A stretch of DNA of 64,000 nucleotides from Dictyostelium discoideum (lineage: Eukaryota), in NCBI GenBank assembly GCA_000004695.1, contig CM000153.2, positions 2,560,001 to 2,624,000 on the forward strand. Direction: 5' to 3'. The translations under genes and the position numbers were made by a program. Below are positions 61,558 through 64,000 of the stretch, one piece after another. The notes beneath the pieces were generated by a model. That model did not search any database. It saw only the letters and a list, made by a program, of their open reading frames with translations, and was not told the DNA's origin. How positions within the stretch are numbered: the first letter of the stretch is position 1; each line of letters starts with the position of its first letter.

Positions 61558-62766
61558 TTAAGCCATATAATTATAAATCTTTCTGTCTTGTTTTGATCTT
61601 TCAAGATATTCTCTTTCAATTAAAGATTCGATACGTTTCTTTACAATGACTGGATTTGGAACAAAACGAGATTGAAGTTGCTTGATGACTTCAGAGACAA
61701 GATTAGAGTGTTCAAGTGTTTTACGAGCTTTCATAATACGAACGATGGAAGCTTCAATTTGATGTTTTCTATCTTCATCAACTTTATCACGAGTTTCTTT
61801 CTCTTCAACTGGTGTTTCTTTTTGAACGACTGCCATAACTTTAACACGGAATAATTTACTCTTAAATTTAGTATTAAAAGCGAATACATCGGATTCATCA
61901 ATTGATTTACTTGGTGTTGGAGTGGAGATTGAAGATGAACTACTAGATGGTGAAGTTGAAGTTGATGATGATGTTGCTGTTGTTGTTGTTGTTGTTGTTG
62001 ATGATGTTGTTGATGGTAATTCTCTATCTAAAATTTTATTCTTTGGATTTGTTAAAGCTAAAAGATTTCTCTTTAAATCAATAGTTGGAATACCAGTTTG
62101 ATCAGCAATCTCTTTAAAGGTTAATTTCGATTGGTCATTAAAGAGTAATAAGATGACCATTTGATAGGAGGAAACTTGAAGTTCGTGAGATTTCGAAGGG
62201 AAGTTTGCTTTAATTTCTGCGGTACCCATATTAGTTTGCCATAACAATAGACGACCATTATGATTTGATAGATAATAAGATTTGAAAGCCTCACAACATA
62301 AGAGGATTTCACGAGGTAAATTACAGTTTGCAGTGTTTTGAGTTGGCCAAAAACCAGTGGTTAAAACGTGAACATTCAAATCGATTGGTAATGCCTTCTT
62401 TAGATTTTGAATATAAGTTTTAAAACCACTCATTGTATCTTGTGATAATCTCATATCGGTGAACATACCCTCCAATTTAGATGTGAATTGATAGCCACAT
62501 TCTGTCTTTAACTTTGCAATCATGTTACGTTCTGCATCGTCTGATATACTTCTACCCAATAATAAACGTTTTGCTAAATGTTGTTTATAGTATTTTTCAA
62601 ATACATCCTTTTCTTGAATTAATCTAAACAACATCAATATCTTATCCAATATGATATCAACCTCTTCTTCACTAACTCCTTTTAATCCTTTCTTTAATTT
62701 CTCATCAATAAATAATGAAATATATTCTGGTGATTTTGGATTTAAATTTATAAAATATTCAAATGC
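61558..62766 (-). CDS. Cullin-3 ortholog, terminal exon (cullin-homology and neddylation/winged-helix C-terminal domains)
   Basis: ORF table 61558..62649, extended to an attattag acceptor at 62767-62770. It is colinear with human CUL3: AFEYFINLNPKSPEYISLFIDEKLKKGLKGVSEEEVDIILDKILMLFRLIQEKDVFEKYYKQHLAKRLL...IVRIMKARKTLEHSNLV...VIVKKRIESLIEREYLERSKQDRKIYNYMA aligns with [69 protein letters not shown]...IVRIMKSRKKMQHNVLV...[30 protein letters not shown]. Confidence 0.9.
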   Translation of the reverse strand, partial: AFEYFINLNPKSPEYISLFIDEKLKKGLKGVSEEEVDIILDKILMLFRLIQEKDVFEKYYKQHLAKRLLLGRSISDDAERNMIAKLKTECGYQFTSKLEGMFTDMRLSQDTMSGFKTYIQNLKKALPIDLNVHVLTTGFWPTQNTANCNLPREILLCCEAFKSYYLSNHNGRLLLWQTNMGTAEIKANFPSKSHELQVSSYQMVILLLFNDQSKLTFKEIADQTGIPTIDLKRNLLALTNPKNKILDRELPSTTSSTTTTTTTATSSSTSTSPSSSSSSISTPTPSKSIDESDVFAFNTKFKSKLFRVKVMAVVQKETPVEEKETRDKVDEDRKHQIEASIVRIMKARKTLEHSNLVSEVIKQLQSRFVPNPVIVKKRIESLIEREYLERSKQDRKIYNYMA

Positions 62767-62875
62767 CTAATAATAAAAATTTTAAAAAAAAAAAAAAATA
62801 ATTAGTAAAAACATAAAAAAAAAATAAAAAATATATATATATATATTTTTTTTTTTTATAGTTTTAAAAACTTAC

Positions 62876-62989
62876 TTGTTGAATTGAATGAATGAATTGT
62901 TTATCATTATATAATGCATTTTGTAAAAGGTTATCATATTTATCTTTAAGATCTAATAATGATTGGAAATAAGTACCTGATTCTTTTGT
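62876..62989 (-). CDS. Cullin-3, exon (TKESGTYFQSLLDLKDKYDNLLQNALYNDKQFIHSIQQ)
   Basis: A tctag acceptor and a GTAAGT donor. It aligns with CUL3 [36 protein letters not shown]. Confidence 0.8.
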
Positions 62990-63101
62990 CTAGATTTATT
63001 AATTATTATTATTTTTAAAATAAAAAAAATATTAATATCATGATATTAATTCCTTTTTTTTTTTTTACTTTTATTTTATAAATTATAAATTATATATTTA
63101 C

Positions 63102-63269
63102 CTTTTCTTCATCCATTACTATTCCTCTACCAATTTCTTTAACATAACTACTAATTACATCTTTCATTAAATTTAAACCATCTGATACTCTACTAAATAA
63201 ATTATACATTCTCTTTAAATCTTCAATCTTATCATCTTTTAACATTGAAATTAAACCAGAGTTTTCCAT
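63102..63269 (-). CDS. Cullin-3, exon (MENSGLISMLKDDKIEDLKRMYNLFSRVSDGLNLMKDVISSYVKEIGRGIVMDEEK)
   Basis: It aligns with CUL3 [66 protein letters not shown] donor follows. It is part of the ORF-table 63090..63686 read-through. Confidence 0.8.
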
Positions 63270-63305
63270 CTTTTTTTTTTTTTTTTGAAAAAAATAATTT
63301 ATTAA

Positions 63306-63347
<42 letters not shown>

Positions 63348-63368
63348 ATTATTTATTTTATAACTTAC

Positions 63369-63663
63369 ATCAATTAAAGTTCTCATATGATTTGAAATTA
63401 ATTGTTTTTCACAAACTTCTTTTAATTTTGGTTCAGAACTACTATCTAAATAATGTGAAACTCTTTCCAACTCTTCTTTTAAGCAAATTTCAACCTTTTT
63501 CATATAATCTGGACAACTACATGTTTGAATGAGAGTTTGTGATTGTGCTTGATAATGTGATGATGTCTTTAATAACAATGGTTTTTCAAAGTCTTCAATA
63601 TATACATTTTTAGAATTAACTCCTAAATCAATTAACATTTGAACTATATTTTTTATTAAAATT
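63369..63663 (-). CDS. Cullin-3, exon (ILIKNIVQMLIDLGVNSKNVYIEDFEKPLLLKTSSHYQ...KKVEICLKEELERVSHYLD...EKQLISNHMRTLID)
   Basis: It aligns with CUL3 [37 protein letters not shown]...KKVEARINEEIERVMHCLD...ERELISKHMKTIVE. An aaatttag acceptor and a GTAAGT donor bound it. Confidence 0.8.
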
Positions 63664-63795
63664 CTAAATTTAAAAAAAAAAAACAAAAAAAAAAAATAAA
63701 TAAATAATTAATACTATATTAATTATTATTTTATAAAACCACAACTAATAATAATAATAATAATAAATAATAATTTTAAAAAATTATAAATTTAC

Positions 63796-64000
63796 CTATC
63801 AATAACTTCACCTTCTCTTTCTTTTTGTACCATTGATAAGAGAGTATTTAATAATCTATCTTTAATTGTTGAACAATGAGCCACATTATCTCTGAAAAGG
63901 TAAAGTCCAAGATCAAAAACACTAGAGAGATTATTTTGTTTAACATAGTTTCTATCCATATACATCAAGATATCTCTAATCATTAACATTGAAGTCTTGT
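63796..64000 (-). CDS. Cullin-3, exon running off the right edge of the window (…[67 protein letters not shown])
   Basis: ORF table 63792..63989. It is near-identical to human CUL3 [65 protein letters not shown]. The frame stays open to the window end. A GTAAAT donor lies at ~63794-63795. Confidence 0.85.

Overview
This 64-kb window is nuclear DNA from a dictyostelid, almost certainly Dictyostelium discoideum. The evidence is ~22-25% GC, short AT-rich introns (GTAAGT...AG), abundant (AAT)n/(CAA)n tracts encoding poly-Asn/poly-Gln, and a tRNA gene flanked by tRNA-targeted retroelements. There are no prokaryotic features such as CRISPR or operons. I count about 26 protein-coding genes, most of them multi-exon. 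On the + strand from the left: the 3' end of a P5-type ATPase, a tRNA-Phe(GAA) gene, a ~200-aa hypothetical protein, an OXA1/YidC-family mitochondrial insertase, a Rab-family GTPase, Rpb7 (RNA pol II subunit), a CAP/PR-1 + 2xWSC secreted glycoprotein, and a poly-Q (~55 Q) protein of unknown function. On the - strand: a large poly-Asn hypothetical protein, a UBC E2, a large EGF-containing type-I membrane glycoprotein, a COMM-domain protein, an ABCC (MRP-type) transporter, three paralogous Asn-rich tetraspan-like membrane proteins, a PDCD2-family protein, a divergent SKP1 paralog, a 4-TM protein, an ADCK1-like (ABC1/UbiB) atypical kinase, two isochorismatase-family hydrolase paralogs flanking an aldo-keto reductase, and the C-terminal two-thirds of cullin-3, which runs off the right edge. 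Four things seem most worth follow-up. (i) A tRNA-Phe retrotransposon landing pad: a TRE5-type element lies head-to-head ~54 bp upstream, with a duplicated A-module and a 100-N assembly gap, and poly(A)-terminated retroelement fragments lie downstream. (ii) Just beside it, a ~3-kb tandem array of ~950-bp units, each carrying a two-exon mini-gene for a ~61-aa peptide with an hssA/2C/7E-like motif; two copies look intact and two are decayed. (iii) A three-gene cluster of a previously uncharacterised two-exon, Asn-rich tetraspan-like membrane protein family. (iv) GC-rich inverted repeats sharing a 12-mer in the OXA1 intron and 3' UTR. All homology calls are from motif recognition by eye. Splice-site coordinates that are not anchored by the supplied ORF table may be off by 1-2 nt.
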